NCBI GenBank assembly: GCA_035708725.1
Contig: DASTFH010000003.1
Coordinates: 16,828-80,827 of the forward strand
Length of the DNA: 64,000 nucleotides
Origin: Gemmatimonadales bacterium
GTDB taxonomy: Bacteria > Gemmatimonadota > Gemmatimonadetes > Gemmatimonadales > GWC2-71-9
Reading direction: 5' to 3'
Each line of letters begins with the position of its first letter. Position 1 is the first letter of the stretch. Both the position numbers and the translations under genes were made by a program. Positions 1 to 10,103 of this stretch are shown in pieces. Below the pieces are notes generated by a model, which saw only the letters and a program-made list of their open reading frames with translations, was not told where the DNA came from and searched no databases.

Positions 1-514
1 GGCATCGGCCGGGGGCAGCAACGTCACCGCGGCCGCGGCCAACGTCCGCGCGGCCGATGCGAAGCTGGCTGCGGCGCAGACCGCCGTGGACAATGCCCGG
101 CTTCAGCTTTCGTACACGGTGATCACCGCGCCGGCAAGCGGCGTCGTGGCGCGGCGCAGTGTCGAACCGGGTGAACTGGTGCAGGTGGGCCAGCAGCTCA
201 TGGCGGTGGTGCCGGACAGCGGTGTCTGGGTGACCGCCAACCTGAAGGAGACCCAGCTCGAGCACGTGAGCCCCGGCGATTCCGCCGAGTTCTCGGTGGA
301 TGCGTATCCGGGCGTCACGTTCCATGGTGCCGTGCAGAGCCTCTCGCCGGCCACCGGCGCGCGGTTCGCGCTGCTGCCGCCCGATAACGCCACTGGCAAC
401 TTCACCAAGGTGGTGCAGCGGGTGCCGGTGCGGATCGCGGTCAACAATCCTGCGGCCGCCGACCATCCGCTCCGGCCCGGGATGAGCGTCGAAGTCACCA
501 TCACGACGCACTGA
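1..514 (+). CDS. HlyD/EmrA-family membrane fusion protein, C-terminal part (5' end outside window)
   Basis: The frame of ORF 86..514 stays open back to base 2 (ASAGGSNVTAAAANVRAADAKLAAAQTAVDNA...). Beta-barrel/lipoyl-like motif LSYTVITAPASGVV. Sits directly upstream of an EmrB-type pump, with only 2 nt between its stop and that ATG. Confidence 0.85.
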   Translation, partial: ASAGGSNVTAAAANVRAADAKLAAAQTAVDNARLQLSYTVITAPASGVVARRSVEPGELVQVGQQLMAVVPDSGVWVTANLKETQLEHVSPGDSAEFSVDAYPGVTFHGAVQSLSPATGARFALLPPDNATGNFTKVVQRVPVRIAVNNPAAADHPLRPGMSVEVTITTH

Positions 515-516
515 CG

Positions 517-2100
517 ATGGCGACGCTGGCCCTGCCCGCCCGGCCCGCACCGAGGGACCGGGCGGAAGTCTTCCAATATCGGTACATCATCGCGTTCGCG
601 GTGGTGCTGGCGAGCGTCCTCGAGCTGGTGGACACCAGCATCGTGAACGTGGCGATCCCCCACATGATGGGAAGCCTCGGCGCCACGCTCGAGGAGATCG
701 CGTGGGTGAGCACTGGCTACATCGTGGCCAACGTGATCATCCTGCCGCTCACCGGCTGGCTCTCCGACCGCTTTGGCCGGCGGAACTACTACACCGGCTC
801 CATCATCCTCTTCACCGCGGCGTCATTCCTCTGCGGCAACGCCCATTCACTGGAATGGCTGGTGAGTGCGCGGGTGCTGCAGGGGATCGGTGGTGGCGCG
901 CTCATTTCCACGGCACAGGCCATCCTGTTTGACGTCTTCCCGATGCATGAACGGGGCAAGGCGATGGCCATCTTCGGCATGGGTGTGATGGTAGGCCCGA
1001 CGCTGGGCCCGACGCTCGGTGGATGGATCACCGACAATTATTCCTGGCCCTGGATTTTCTACATCAACATCCCGCTCGGCATCATGGCCGCGATCATGAC
1101 GTGGCGCTATGTGCCGGAGCCCGAGCACACGGTGGACACGGAAACACCGGTGGATTGGCTTGGCCTCGCGCTGCTCATCCTTGGCATCGGCGCGCTGCAG
1201 GTCCTGCTCGAGCGCGGTGAGGCACACGACTGGTTTGACTCGCGGGAGATCGTCGCGGAAGCGCTGGTGGCGGGTGTCGCGATCATCGCCTTCCTCTGGC
1301 ATGAGTGGACCACCCCGCATCCGGTGGTCAACCTGCGCATCCTGAAGAATCGTCAGCTCTTTGCCGGGACCACCTTCGGCCTGGTGCTGGGCTTCGGGCT
1401 CTACGCCAGCGTCTTTGCGCTCCCGGTGTTCCTCCAGGCAAACCTCGGCTACTCGGCGTGGGACACGGGACTCGTCATCCTGCCGGGCGCCATTGCAAGC
1501 GCCGTGACCATGGCGATCGTGGGACGGCTGAGCAACAGGGTGGACAACCGGCTCATGATCTTCCTGGGCGTGCTGCTCTTCATGTACGCCATGTGGCTGC
1601 ACTACCATTTCACGCTTGACATCGGCATGGGCGACCTCTTCTGGCCCATGATTTTCCGGGGCGTGGGACTGGGCCTGATCTTCGTGCCGCTCTCCCAGCT
1701 CGCTGCCGCCGACCTCAAGTCGAGCGAGCTGGCGCAGGGCACCGGACTGTTCAATCTCTCACGCCAGCTGGGCGGAAGTTTCGGCATCGCAGTGGCTGCG
1801 ACGCTGCTCACGCGGTTCACCGAGCAGGGCCGGGAGGCGCTGCGGGCGCACCTGGACCTGGGCGACCCCATGACCCGGCACTGGCTCGGCGGCGCAACGG
1901 CGCGGATGCAGCAGCTGGGTGGGTCAGTCTCCGATGCGCATGCCAAGGCGCTCGCCCTGCTGGACGGCACCCTGCATCAGCAGGCGAGCGTGGTGGCCTT
2001 CGAGAAGGTGTTCCTGACGATGGGGCTGGCGTTCATCTTCACGATGCCGCTGCTGCTGCTCTTCAGGACGGGCAAGGGGACGGGAGGAGGGGGGCACTGA
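517..2100 (+). CDS. MFS drug:H+ antiporter, DHA2 (EmrB/QacA) family, 14-TMS type
   Basis: 527 aa, many hydrophobic segments. Typical DHA2 motifs (LDTSIVNVAIP, GWLSDRFGRR). Paired with the upstream EmrA-like gene. Confidence 0.9.
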   Translation: MATLALPARPAPRDRAEVFQYRYIIAFAVVLASVLELVDTSIVNVAIPHMMGSLGATLEEIAWVSTGYIVANVIILPLTGWLSDRFGRRNYYTGSIILFTAASFLCGNAHSLEWLVSARVLQGIGGGALISTAQAILFDVFPMHERGKAMAIFGMGVMVGPTLGPTLGGWITDNYSWPWIFYINIPLGIMAAIMTWRYVPEPEHTVDTETPVDWLGLALLILGIGALQVLLERGEAHDWFDSREIVAEALVAGVAIIAFLWHEWTTPHPVVNLRILKNRQLFAGTTFGLVLGFGLYASVFALPVFLQANLGYSAWDTGLVILPGAIASAVTMAIVGRLSNRVDNRLMIFLGVLLFMYAMWLHYHFTLDIGMGDLFWPMIFRGVGLGLIFVPLSQLAAADLKSSELAQGTGLFNLSRQLGGSFGIAVAATLLTRFTEQGREALRAHLDLGDPMTRHWLGGATARMQQLGGSVSDAHAKALALLDGTLHQQASVVAFEKVFLTMGLAFIFTMPLLLLFRTGKGTGGGGH

Positions 2101-2152
2101 TGGTCGACGGTCAACGGCCAACGGTTGACCGTCGACGGTAGACCGTAGACCC
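2101..2152. terminator. Palindromic word repeat between convergent genes; likely bidirectional terminator hairpin
   Basis: gtcgacggtcaac..gttgaccgtcgac forms a 13-bp perfect stem, followed by the small hairpin cgtagac/gtctacg. Lies between the efflux-pump stop (2100) and the pruA stop (2155). Confidence 0.55.
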
Positions 2153-2154
2153 GT

Positions 2155-3780
<1,626 letters not shown>

Positions 3781-3783
<3 letters not shown>

Positions 3784-3835
3784 GGGAGTCGAGAGTCGAG
3801 GGGTCGAGAGTCGAGAGTCAAGAGTTGAGGATGTG
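3781..3835. repeat. GTCGAG(A/G)G word-repeat array in the pruA 5' region
   Basis: ggagtcgagagtcgaggggtcgagagtcgagagtcaagagttgagg read directly. Confidence 0.8.
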
Positions 3836-3890
3836 AATATAGTCGATACCGAACGCCCCACGACCACGCCCCATGCTGCACGCCCACATC

Positions 3891-4970
3891 CTACCTGTAC
3901 CCCTCCACCCCCGTTGCCTTGAAGGACGCGAAGATGCCTGCTCCGGGAGCGAGATCCAGGGCGCGCGCGCCGGCGGCCGTCACCTCGGCCACGAGCGGCG
4001 GAACCGTATCCAGCGCCACCCGCAGCCGCTCGCCGTGTGGGGGCTCGGGCACCAGCTCACGCACCGTGCCGTGAAAAACATTGCGGGCGCTGCCTTCCGG
4101 CGTCGAGCGCGAGAGCGTGATGCTGCTGGGCGGCACCACGGCGAACGCCTCGCCATCACCGCCGGGATCGACGACCGTGAGCCGGCCGCCGGCCACTGCC
4201 AGTTCGGCGAGGCCCGGCTCCGGGCGCGCGATGACCGACCCGCGAAAGAAGTTGGCGCCAAGAAAGGCGGCCACCGAGTGGGATCGCGGCCGCACCAGCA
4301 GTTCTTCGCTCGTGCCTTCCTGGATGATCCGTCCCTGCTCCATCACCGCGATCCTGGTTCCCAGCGCGAGCGCCTCGAGGGGATGGTGCGTCACCAGGAG
4401 CGTGAGGCCCCGCCGTTCGGCGATGACCGCGGCGAGTGTCGCACGTAGCGCCGAGCGGCTCTCGGGATCCAGCGCGCTCAGCGGTTCGTCGAGGAGTAGC
4501 AGCTCGGGATCCACCGCCAGTGCACGCGCGAGCGCCACGCGCTGTCGCTCGCCGCCGGAGAGGGTGGTGACCTGGCGGTCGGCGAGGTGCTGGGCGCCGC
4601 ACTGGGCAAGCAGGTCACGGGTCGCGGGTCGCGAGTCACGTGACCCGCGACCCGTGACCCGTGACCCGTGACCAAACTCCACATTCTCCCGCACGCTGAG
4701 GTGCGGAAAGAGCGCCGCCTCCTGCGGCACCCAGCCCACCGAGCGCTTCGCGGGAGGAAGATCGAGCCGTCGGGTCGTGTCGGCCCAGGACACGTCGTTC
4801 ACCCGGATCTGCCCTTCGCGCAGGGCGTCGAGACCGGCCAGCAGCCGCAGCACGCTCGTCTTCCCCGCGCCGCTGCCGCCCGCGAGCACGAGTGTCCCGC
4901 CATCCGCGATGGACAGCGCGACATCGAGCGCGAGCGTACCGACCTGGCTACGGAGCCGGGCGTCGAGCAT
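3891..4970 (-). CDS. modC: Molybdate ABC transporter ATP-binding protein with C-terminal TOBE/Mop domain
   Basis: Walker A GGSGAGKTS, signature LSGGERQRV, Walker B LLLLDEP. The C-terminal half resembles E. coli ModC TOBE. Overlaps modB. Contains an in-frame palindromic repeat (see findings). Confidence 0.85.
   Translation of the reverse strand: MLDARLRSQVGTLALDVALSIADGGTLVLAGGSGAGKTSVLRLLAGLDALREGQIRVNDVSWADTTRRLDLPPAKRSVGWVPQEAALFPHLSVRENVEFGHGSRVTGRGSRDSRPATRDLLAQCGAQHLADRQVTTLSGGERQRVALARALAVDPELLLLDEPLSALDPESRSALRATLAAVIAERRGLTLLVTHHPLEALALGTRIAVMEQGRIIQEGTSEELLVRPRSHSVAAFLGANFFRGSVIARPEPGLAELAVAGGRLTVVDPGGDGEAFAVVPPSSITLSRSTPEGSARNVFHGTVRELVPEPPHGERLRVALDTVPPLVAEVTAAGARALDLAPGAGIFASFKATGVEGYR
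4613..4673. repeat. Imperfect ~60-bp palindrome of GGTCGCG/CGTGACC words inside the modC coding sequence
   Basis: ggtcacgggtcgcgggtcgcgagtcacg|tgacccgcgacccgtgacccgtgacccgtgacc, centred on cacgtg. Translated in frame as GHGSRVTGRGSRDSRPATRD. Confidence 0.85.
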
Positions 4971-5763
4971 GCGTGCCAGGGAAAACGGGGATCCAGGCGC
5001 GCACGGCGATCAGCACGCCGGCGGACATGGCCAGCAGCAGGACCGCCACCGCGAGCGCGGCGTCGAGATCCTGCTGCAGCGCGGCATAGACGGCGAGCGG
5101 CAACGTCTGGGTCTTGCCCGGCAGGTTGCCGGCGAACGTGATGGTGGCGCCAAACTCGCCGAGTCCACGGGCCCACGCCATCACGGCACCGGCAAGGAGC
5201 GAGGGCGCGGCAAGCGGCAGGGCAATCCGGCGGAAGACCGCGAACGCGCCATGCCCCAGTGTCGCACCAACCTCGAGCAGCTGGGGATCGACACGGCGCA
5301 GTCCCGCCGCACCCGCGAGGGCAAAATACGGAAACCCCACGAACACCTGCGCGATAATCACCGCTATCGGCGTGAAGGGAATGCTCACGCCGGCTGCGGT
5401 AATTGCCTTGCCGAGGATACCGGCGCGCCCGAAGGCCAGCAGCAGCCCGAGACCAGCGACGGTCGGTGGCAGCACCAGCGGCATCACCAGCAGCGCCTCG
5501 AACCAGCGGGTGAGGCGCGAGCGGCCGCTTGCGAGCCACCAGGCCACCGGCAGCCCGGCAACAATCACGATCACCGCTGCGGTCGCACTGGTGGCGAGGC
5601 TGAGCCCCAGCGCCTGGCGCACCATTGGATCCGCCAGCCGGCCATACAGCTCGGCAGGACGCACCGCGAGAATCAGGGCGACGACGGGAAGCAGCATGAA
5701 GCCGGCGGCCAGGCCGGCCACCGCGCCGGCGAGCCCACGCCATCCCGGCCGGCGCCAGCTCAT
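4948..5763 (-). CDS. modB: Molybdate ABC transporter permease
   Basis: 271 aa polytopic permease between modA and modC. ATGA overlap with the modA stop. Resembles ModB/CysT-type permeases. Confidence 0.85.
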   Translation of the reverse strand: MSWRRPGWRGLAGAVAGLAAGFMLLPVVALILAVRPAELYGRLADPMVRQALGLSLATSATAAVIVIVAGLPVAWWLASGRSRLTRWFEALLVMPLVLPPTVAGLGLLLAFGRAGILGKAITAAGVSIPFTPIAVIIAQVFVGFPYFALAGAAGLRRVDPQLLEVGATLGHGAFAVFRRIALPLAAPSLLAGAVMAWARGLGEFGATITFAGNLPGKTQTLPLAVYAALQQDLDAALAVAVLLLAMSAGVLIAVRAWIPVFPGTHARRPAP

Positions 5764-6569
5764 GTCTCTGGCGTGCCTGGCGGGAGCTCGAAGCCGTGCG
5801 CCGTCAATACCGCCCTGCCCTTGGCCGAGCGCAGCAGTTCGAGGAAGTTCCTGGCATCGGTCGTGTCGGTTGCCCTCCGGGTCAGGGCAACGAAGTAGTG
5901 CGCCAGGATGTCGCGCGCGCCCGGCACTGGCAGCTCGCGCAGCGTGCCGGTGGTGTCGGCCCGCAGCTGGGCACGGTAGATGATTCCGGCGTCGGCCTCG
6001 CCCAGCCGAAGCTTGCTCAAGACGCCCGCCGCGGAGAGTTCCTGCGAGACGACCCCGAGTTCGACGCGTGTCGCGAAGTCGGGGCCGTAGCCCTGGATGT
6101 GTGACAGCCGCTCCAGCAGTTCGCGCGAGTAGCGCCCGAGCGGAACCTGGGGCGCCGCGAGCACCACCTTGGTCCCCGGCGAGGCGAGGTTCAGCGGCTC
6201 ACGCACGAACTTGGCCGCACCGCTCTTGATCGAGAGGACCAGCGCGAGACTCGAGACGGCAAAGGTCTCGGCGGAGCCTGCCACTCCTTTCTCCCGCGCA
6301 ATCTGCATCCAGCGCTGATCGGCAGTGGCCAGGAGATCGGCGCTGCCGCCCAGCTGGAGCTGGGACACGAGCTCAGAGGAGGCGGCGCCGTTGAGACGCA
6401 CGAGCAGGCTGGAGTCCCGGCTCATCAGCGTATCGGCGAGGTCCTGGAACGCGGGCACCAGCGAAGACGCCACGAAAATGGTCAGCTCCCGTCCATGGGG
6501 CCCGCCCCGGGTCTCCCCACGCCGGCAGGCGGGGAGGAGGAGGGTGAGGAGGAGGAGGAGACGGGTCAT
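5760..6569 (-). CDS. modA: Molybdate-binding periplasmic lipoprotein
   Basis: Signal peptide with lipobox LLPAC. ModA-like body (FVASSL...AFQDL, ...DAGIIY). First gene of the modABC order. Confidence 0.85.
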   Translation of the reverse strand: MTRLLLLLTLLLPACRRGETRGGPHGRELTIFVASSLVPAFQDLADTLMSRDSSLLVRLNGAASSELVSQLQLGGSADLLATADQRWMQIAREKGVAGSAETFAVSSLALVLSIKSGAAKFVREPLNLASPGTKVVLAAPQVPLGRYSRELLERLSHIQGYGPDFATRVELGVVSQELSAAGVLSKLRLGEADAGIIYRAQLRADTTGTLRELPVPGARDILAHYFVALTRRATDTTDARNFLELLRSAKGRAVLTAHGFELPPGTPET

Positions 6570-6578
6570 GGGCTGCTC

Positions 6579-6671
6579 GTCGAGGGGTCAACGTGGTCGA
6601 GGGGTCAAGGCAGTCGAAAGGTCGAGATGGTTGAGCGGCTCCTGACCTCTCGACCCCTTGACCTCTCGACC
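6579..6671. repeat. Inverted arrays of GTCGAGG/GGTCAAGG words and their complements
   Basis: gtcgaggggtcaacgtggtcgaggggtcaagg ... gacctctcgaccccttgacctctcgacc, in the divergent intergenic region between modA and a lipoprotein gene. Confidence 0.8.
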
Positions 6672-6734
6672 GACACTGGACGCAACCGCCGTCTCCAAGC
6701 TAACATCTACCCGACTCATGAACCGGGAACCGCA

Positions 6735-7130
6735 ATGAATCGTGCCTTGGTGCCGCTCGCCCTCATCGCCGTGCTCGCCGCCTGCCCCACCTACGACGAG
6801 TACCCCAAGCTGAGTGACCAGAGCGGCCTGGTGGACGCCGACACCTACGCCCGCTATGGCAAGGAGCAGGCGGAAGCGATGGCCATCGCCCGGGAGTACG
6901 GCCATTTCCACCAGGGCGACACCCGGGCCGACCTGCAGGCCGCAGCCGAGAGCACCGTGGCCTACGCCCGGACGCTCCCCGACGTGGTGGACATCCAGGC
7001 CGACTCGCTCGGGCACCGGATGACCATCCAGTTCAAGAGCGGCTGGCGCACGATGGTAAACCCCATCAACGATGGCAAGCGCGGAAGTGAGACACCCAAC
7101 CTTCCGGGGGCGCCCCAGCCCAGGCAGTAA
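6735..7130 (+). CDS. Hypothetical lipoprotein
   Basis: Internal ATG gives MNRALVPLALIAVLAACP, a signal peptide plus lipobox LAAC. The upstream part of the track ORF is repeat-derived. Confidence 0.55.
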   Translation: MNRALVPLALIAVLAACPTYDEYPKLSDQSGLVDADTYARYGKEQAEAMAIAREYGHFHQGDTRADLQAAAESTVAYARTLPDVVDIQADSLGHRMTIQFKSGWRTMVNPINDGKRGSETPNLPGAPQPRQ

Positions 7131-7471
7131 TGCCCGACGAGGTCATTGAGGTGCGGACCACCGTGGCGAGTCGCGATGATGCCGATCGCCTGGCACGGGA
7201 CGTGGTCGCCGCTCGGCTCGCCGCCTGTAGCCAGGTCACGGGGCCCGTCACGAGCCGCTATTGGTGGAAGGGCACGCTGGAACGCGCCGAAGAATGGCAG
7301 TGCCATTTCAAGACCACGCGCACGCGGTGGCCCGACGTCGCCCGGTTCCTGCGTGAGCACCATCCCTATGAATTGCCCGAAATCGTGATGCTGCCGTTGG
7401 CCGGCAGTGAGGCGTACCTCGACTGGGTGAGGGGTGAAGTGGTCGAGGAGTCGAGGGGTCGAGGAGTCTAG
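7130..7471 (+). CDS. cutA: Divalent-cation tolerance protein CutA
   Basis: 113 aa with CutA1-like sequence (RLAACSQV...SRYWWKG...EEW....KT). TAATG overlap with the upstream gene. The last ~8 codons are encoded by GTCGAGG words. Confidence 0.85.
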   Translation: MPDEVIEVRTTVASRDDADRLARDVVAARLAACSQVTGPVTSRYWWKGTLERAEEWQCHFKTTRTRWPDVARFLREHHPYELPEIVMLPLAGSEAYLDWVRGEVVEESRGRGV

Positions 7472-7490
7472 CAGGGCGGCGCCCCGGTCC

Positions 7491-7539
7491 AATCGACCCG
7501 ATTGCTTCGTCGCACTTTGCGAGTGCTCCTCGCGATGAC
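7491..7539. mobile_element. Truncated copy (right half) of the GTCATTGCGAG-type MITE-like element
   Basis: aatcgacccgattgcttcgtcgcac...gtgctcctcgcgatgac matches the right halves of the copies at 23835..23940 and 29659..29760. Confidence 0.55.
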
Positions 7540-7601
7540 GCATGGCGTGCGCGTCGACCGTCGACCCTCGACCTCTTGACCTCTCGACCTCTCGGCCGCC
7601 C

Positions 7602-8981
7602 ATGCCCGCTCCCGCCACTCCTGAACTGCTGTACCTGCTCTCCGGCGACGAGGACGATTTCCTCGAAGCCTGCGCCGGCCTGCGTCCCGCCGATATCGTC
7701 GAAGCGCTGAATCAGCTCCCCGAAGAAGCCGCTGCGCGGATCGTGGCGGCGCTGCCCTTCCATCGAGCCGTCGAGGTCTTCGACGAGCCGGAGCTCGAGC
7801 GGCGCGGCGACATCATCGCCAAGCTGGAACAGGACAAGGCCGTGCGCCTGCTCGACGCCATGTCGGCCGACCAGCAGGTTGAGATCTTCCGGGTGCTCGC
7901 GCCCGAGGCGCAGGGCCGGCTGGAACACGTGCTGGCCGCGCCCACCCGCGACACGCTCCGGCTGCTGCTCAAGTACCCGGAGACGACCGCCGGCGGCATC
8001 ATGACGACGGAATTCGTGTCGGTGCCGTCGGGCTGGACGGTGCGGCGGGTGCTGGAGCACATCCACGCCGTGGGCGAGGCCAAGGAAACCGTTTACGCCA
8101 TCTACATCGTGGATGACCGGCAGCGTCTCGTGCATGTGGTCTCGCTCCGCCAGCTGATGACCGCCGATCCCGACCTGCCAGTGCTGAACGTGGGCGAACG
8201 GCGGAAGCCGGTCACGTCCGGGCCCTACACCGACCGCGAAGATGTGGCCCGGCTCATCTCCAAGTACAACCTGCTCGCCATTCCCGTGATCGACGATGCC
8301 CACCGCGTGCTCGGGATCGTCACGGTGGACGACATCATCGACGCCCTGGTCACCGAGCAGACGGAGGACGTGCAGAAGTTCGGCGGCATGGAAGCGCTGG
8401 ACGAGCCGTACATGCAGATCGGGCTGGGCTCGATGATCCGCAAGCGCGCCGGCTGGCTCTGTGCCCTCTTCCTCGGCGAGATGCTGACCGCCACCGCGAT
8501 GGGTCACTTCGAGGACGAGATCAATCGCGCCGTGGTCCTCGCGCTCTTCGTCCCGCTCATCATCAGCTCAGGCGGCAACAGCGGTTCCCAGGCCACGTCA
8601 CTCATCATCCGGGCAATGGCACTCCGGGAAGTCACGGTGCGAGACTGGTGGCGGGTGGCGGTGCGGGAACTGCCGGCCGGATTCGCGCTTGGCACCATTC
8701 TCGGGGGTATCGGGCTTGTGCGCATCCTCGTCTGGCAGTATTTCGGACTGTACGATTACGGCTCCCACTACATGCTCGTGGCCTATACCGTGGCGCTGGC
8801 GCTCCTGGGCGTCGTGATGTTCGGATCGCTGGTCGGCTCCATGCTTCCCTTTGCGCTCCGGCGCATCGGCTTCGACCCGGCCAGCGCCTCGGCGCCCTTC
8901 GTGGCCACACTGGTGGACGTCACCGGCCTGGTGATCTATTTCACCGTGGCGTCGCTGCTGCTGAGCGGGACGTTGCTCTGA
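7602..8981 (+). CDS. mgtE: Magnesium transporter MgtE
   Basis: N-domain, CBS pair (LLAIPVIDDAHRVLGIVTVDDIID) and a 5-TM C-terminal domain (GGNSGSQA). Start at M21 (MPAPATPELL); upstream codons are repeat words. Confidence 0.9.
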   Translation: MPAPATPELLYLLSGDEDDFLEACAGLRPADIVEALNQLPEEAAARIVAALPFHRAVEVFDEPELERRGDIIAKLEQDKAVRLLDAMSADQQVEIFRVLAPEAQGRLEHVLAAPTRDTLRLLLKYPETTAGGIMTTEFVSVPSGWTVRRVLEHIHAVGEAKETVYAIYIVDDRQRLVHVVSLRQLMTADPDLPVLNVGERRKPVTSGPYTDREDVARLISKYNLLAIPVIDDAHRVLGIVTVDDIIDALVTEQTEDVQKFGGMEALDEPYMQIGLGSMIRKRAGWLCALFLGEMLTATAMGHFEDEINRAVVLALFVPLIISSGGNSGSQATSLIIRAMALREVTVRDWWRVAVRELPAGFALGTILGGIGLVRILVWQYFGLYDYGSHYMLVAYTVALALLGVVMFGSLVGSMLPFALRRIGFDPASASAPFVATLVDVTGLVIYFTVASLLLSGTLL

Positions 8982-8984
8982 GGC

Positions 8985-9085
8985 CGAGGTGGTCAAGGGG
9001 TCGAGAGGTCAAGCAGCACTTCTTGCCCACCTCGACTCCTCGACTGCCCGACCCCTTGACCCCTTGACCCCTTGACCCCTTGACC
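8985..9085. repeat. Inverted GGTCAAGG/CCTTGACC word arrays
   Basis: cgaggtggtcaaggggtcgagaggtcaag...cctcgactcctcgactgcccgaccccttgaccccttgaccccttgaccccttgacc, immediately after the mgtE stop. Confidence 0.8.
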
Positions 9086-9095
9086 GGAGTTCCCC

Positions 9096-9821
9096 ATGAC
9101 GGACGCCGCTGCCGCACCTGCCCCGACACCGGCCAAGCCGAGCGTGATGGACTGCGCCGAGATCTACTACGCCCCATCGGATGTGTTCGAGCGGCGGCGG
9201 CAAGGCAAGTTCGGCATCCCGCTGCTGGTGTATGTCATCGCGATGGCAATCGCCTTCTTCGCGACCAAGGACCTGATGCGGCCGTTCTTCGACATGCAGG
9301 CCAGCCGCCAGATGGAGCAGGTCCTGAAGCAGCATCCGGAGATGACCCAGGAACAGCTGGAGCGTGGCCGCGCCATGGGGGCGAAGTTCGCCGGCGTCGG
9401 CGTCATCGTCGGCTCCGCCATCGTTCCCCTGGTGGCGGGCCTGCTTATCTGGCTGGTCGCCAAGTTTGCCGGAGCCGGGCTCGGCCTGGCACAGGGCATG
9501 GTGGTCGGCGTGTTCATGATGTTTCCGGCCATCGTCGAGTACATCGTCAACGCGATCCAGATGATCGTTGTGGACACGTCCGCGCTCACCTCCAATTACG
9601 ACGTCAGCATCGGACCCTCACGCTTCATGCACGATGCATCCGCCGTAATGCGATCACTGGTGGGCCACATCGACCTGTTCACCATCTGGATGGCGTTCCT
9701 CATCTACCTCGGCGTCAAGGTCATCGGTCGGACATCGACCCAGACCGCGACCACGGTGGCCGTCGTGATGTGGATCATCGGTGTGCTGCCCGCCCTGTAC
9801 GGCGCCATGAAGGCCGGCTGA
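9096..9821 (+). CDS. Yip1-like integral membrane protein
   Basis: 241 aa, about 5 TM segments. GGAG lies 7 nt upstream of the ATG. The family assignment rests on general resemblance only. Confidence 0.55.
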   Translation: MTDAAAAPAPTPAKPSVMDCAEIYYAPSDVFERRRQGKFGIPLLVYVIAMAIAFFATKDLMRPFFDMQASRQMEQVLKQHPEMTQEQLERGRAMGAKFAGVGVIVGSAIVPLVAGLLIWLVAKFAGAGLGLAQGMVVGVFMMFPAIVEYIVNAIQMIVVDTSALTSNYDVSIGPSRFMHDASAVMRSLVGHIDLFTIWMAFLIYLGVKVIGRTSTQTATTVAVVMWIIGVLPALYGAMKAG

Positions 9822-9831
9822 GGAGGGATTC

Positions 9832-10101
9832 GTGAAAAAGGGTGGGCTGTTGACGGTCGGTGCTGCGGTGGCGCTCGGGATTGCGCTCTATACCAGCACG
9901 ATGTCATCGCAGAAGATCGAGTGCTTTGCCGTCGTGACCTACGAGGGCCGCACCGACAGCGCCACGGCTTCCGCCGCTGATCGCGGCGAAGCGGAGCGCC
10001 AGGCACGGACCACGGCATGCGGCACCATCTCGAGCGGGATGGATGGGCGTATCGCCTGTTCCAATACGCCTCCGGCGCGCGTGCGCTGCCGGGAACTCTA
10101 G
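9832..10101 (+). CDS. Small hypothetical exported or membrane-anchored protein (4 Cys)
   Basis: GTG start with a hydrophobic N-terminus (KKGGLLTVGAAVALGIALY). No recognisable family. Confidence 0.4.
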   Translation: MKKGGLLTVGAAVALGIALYTSTMSSQKIECFAVVTYEGRTDSATASAADRGEAERQARTTACGTISSGMDGRIACSNTPPARVRCREL

Positions 10102-10103
10102 GA

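Noticed and set aside
3784-3867. N-terminal extensions of track ORFs: pruA 3784-3867, mgtE 7542-7601, transglutaminase-like 22060-22113, lipoprotein 58810-58974, DUF255 47137-47349, LiaF-like 47184-47360.
   Set aside because: The extensions are translations of intergenic word repeats (for example STLDSRLSTPRLSTP and LSNCPTVQLSNCPTVQL). Internal ATGs with better context give family-typical N-termini.
6570-6734. Possible molybdenum-cofactor riboswitch upstream of modA.
   Set aside because: The region consists of GTCGAGG/GGTCAAGG word repeats. I could not find the conserved Moco motif blocks.
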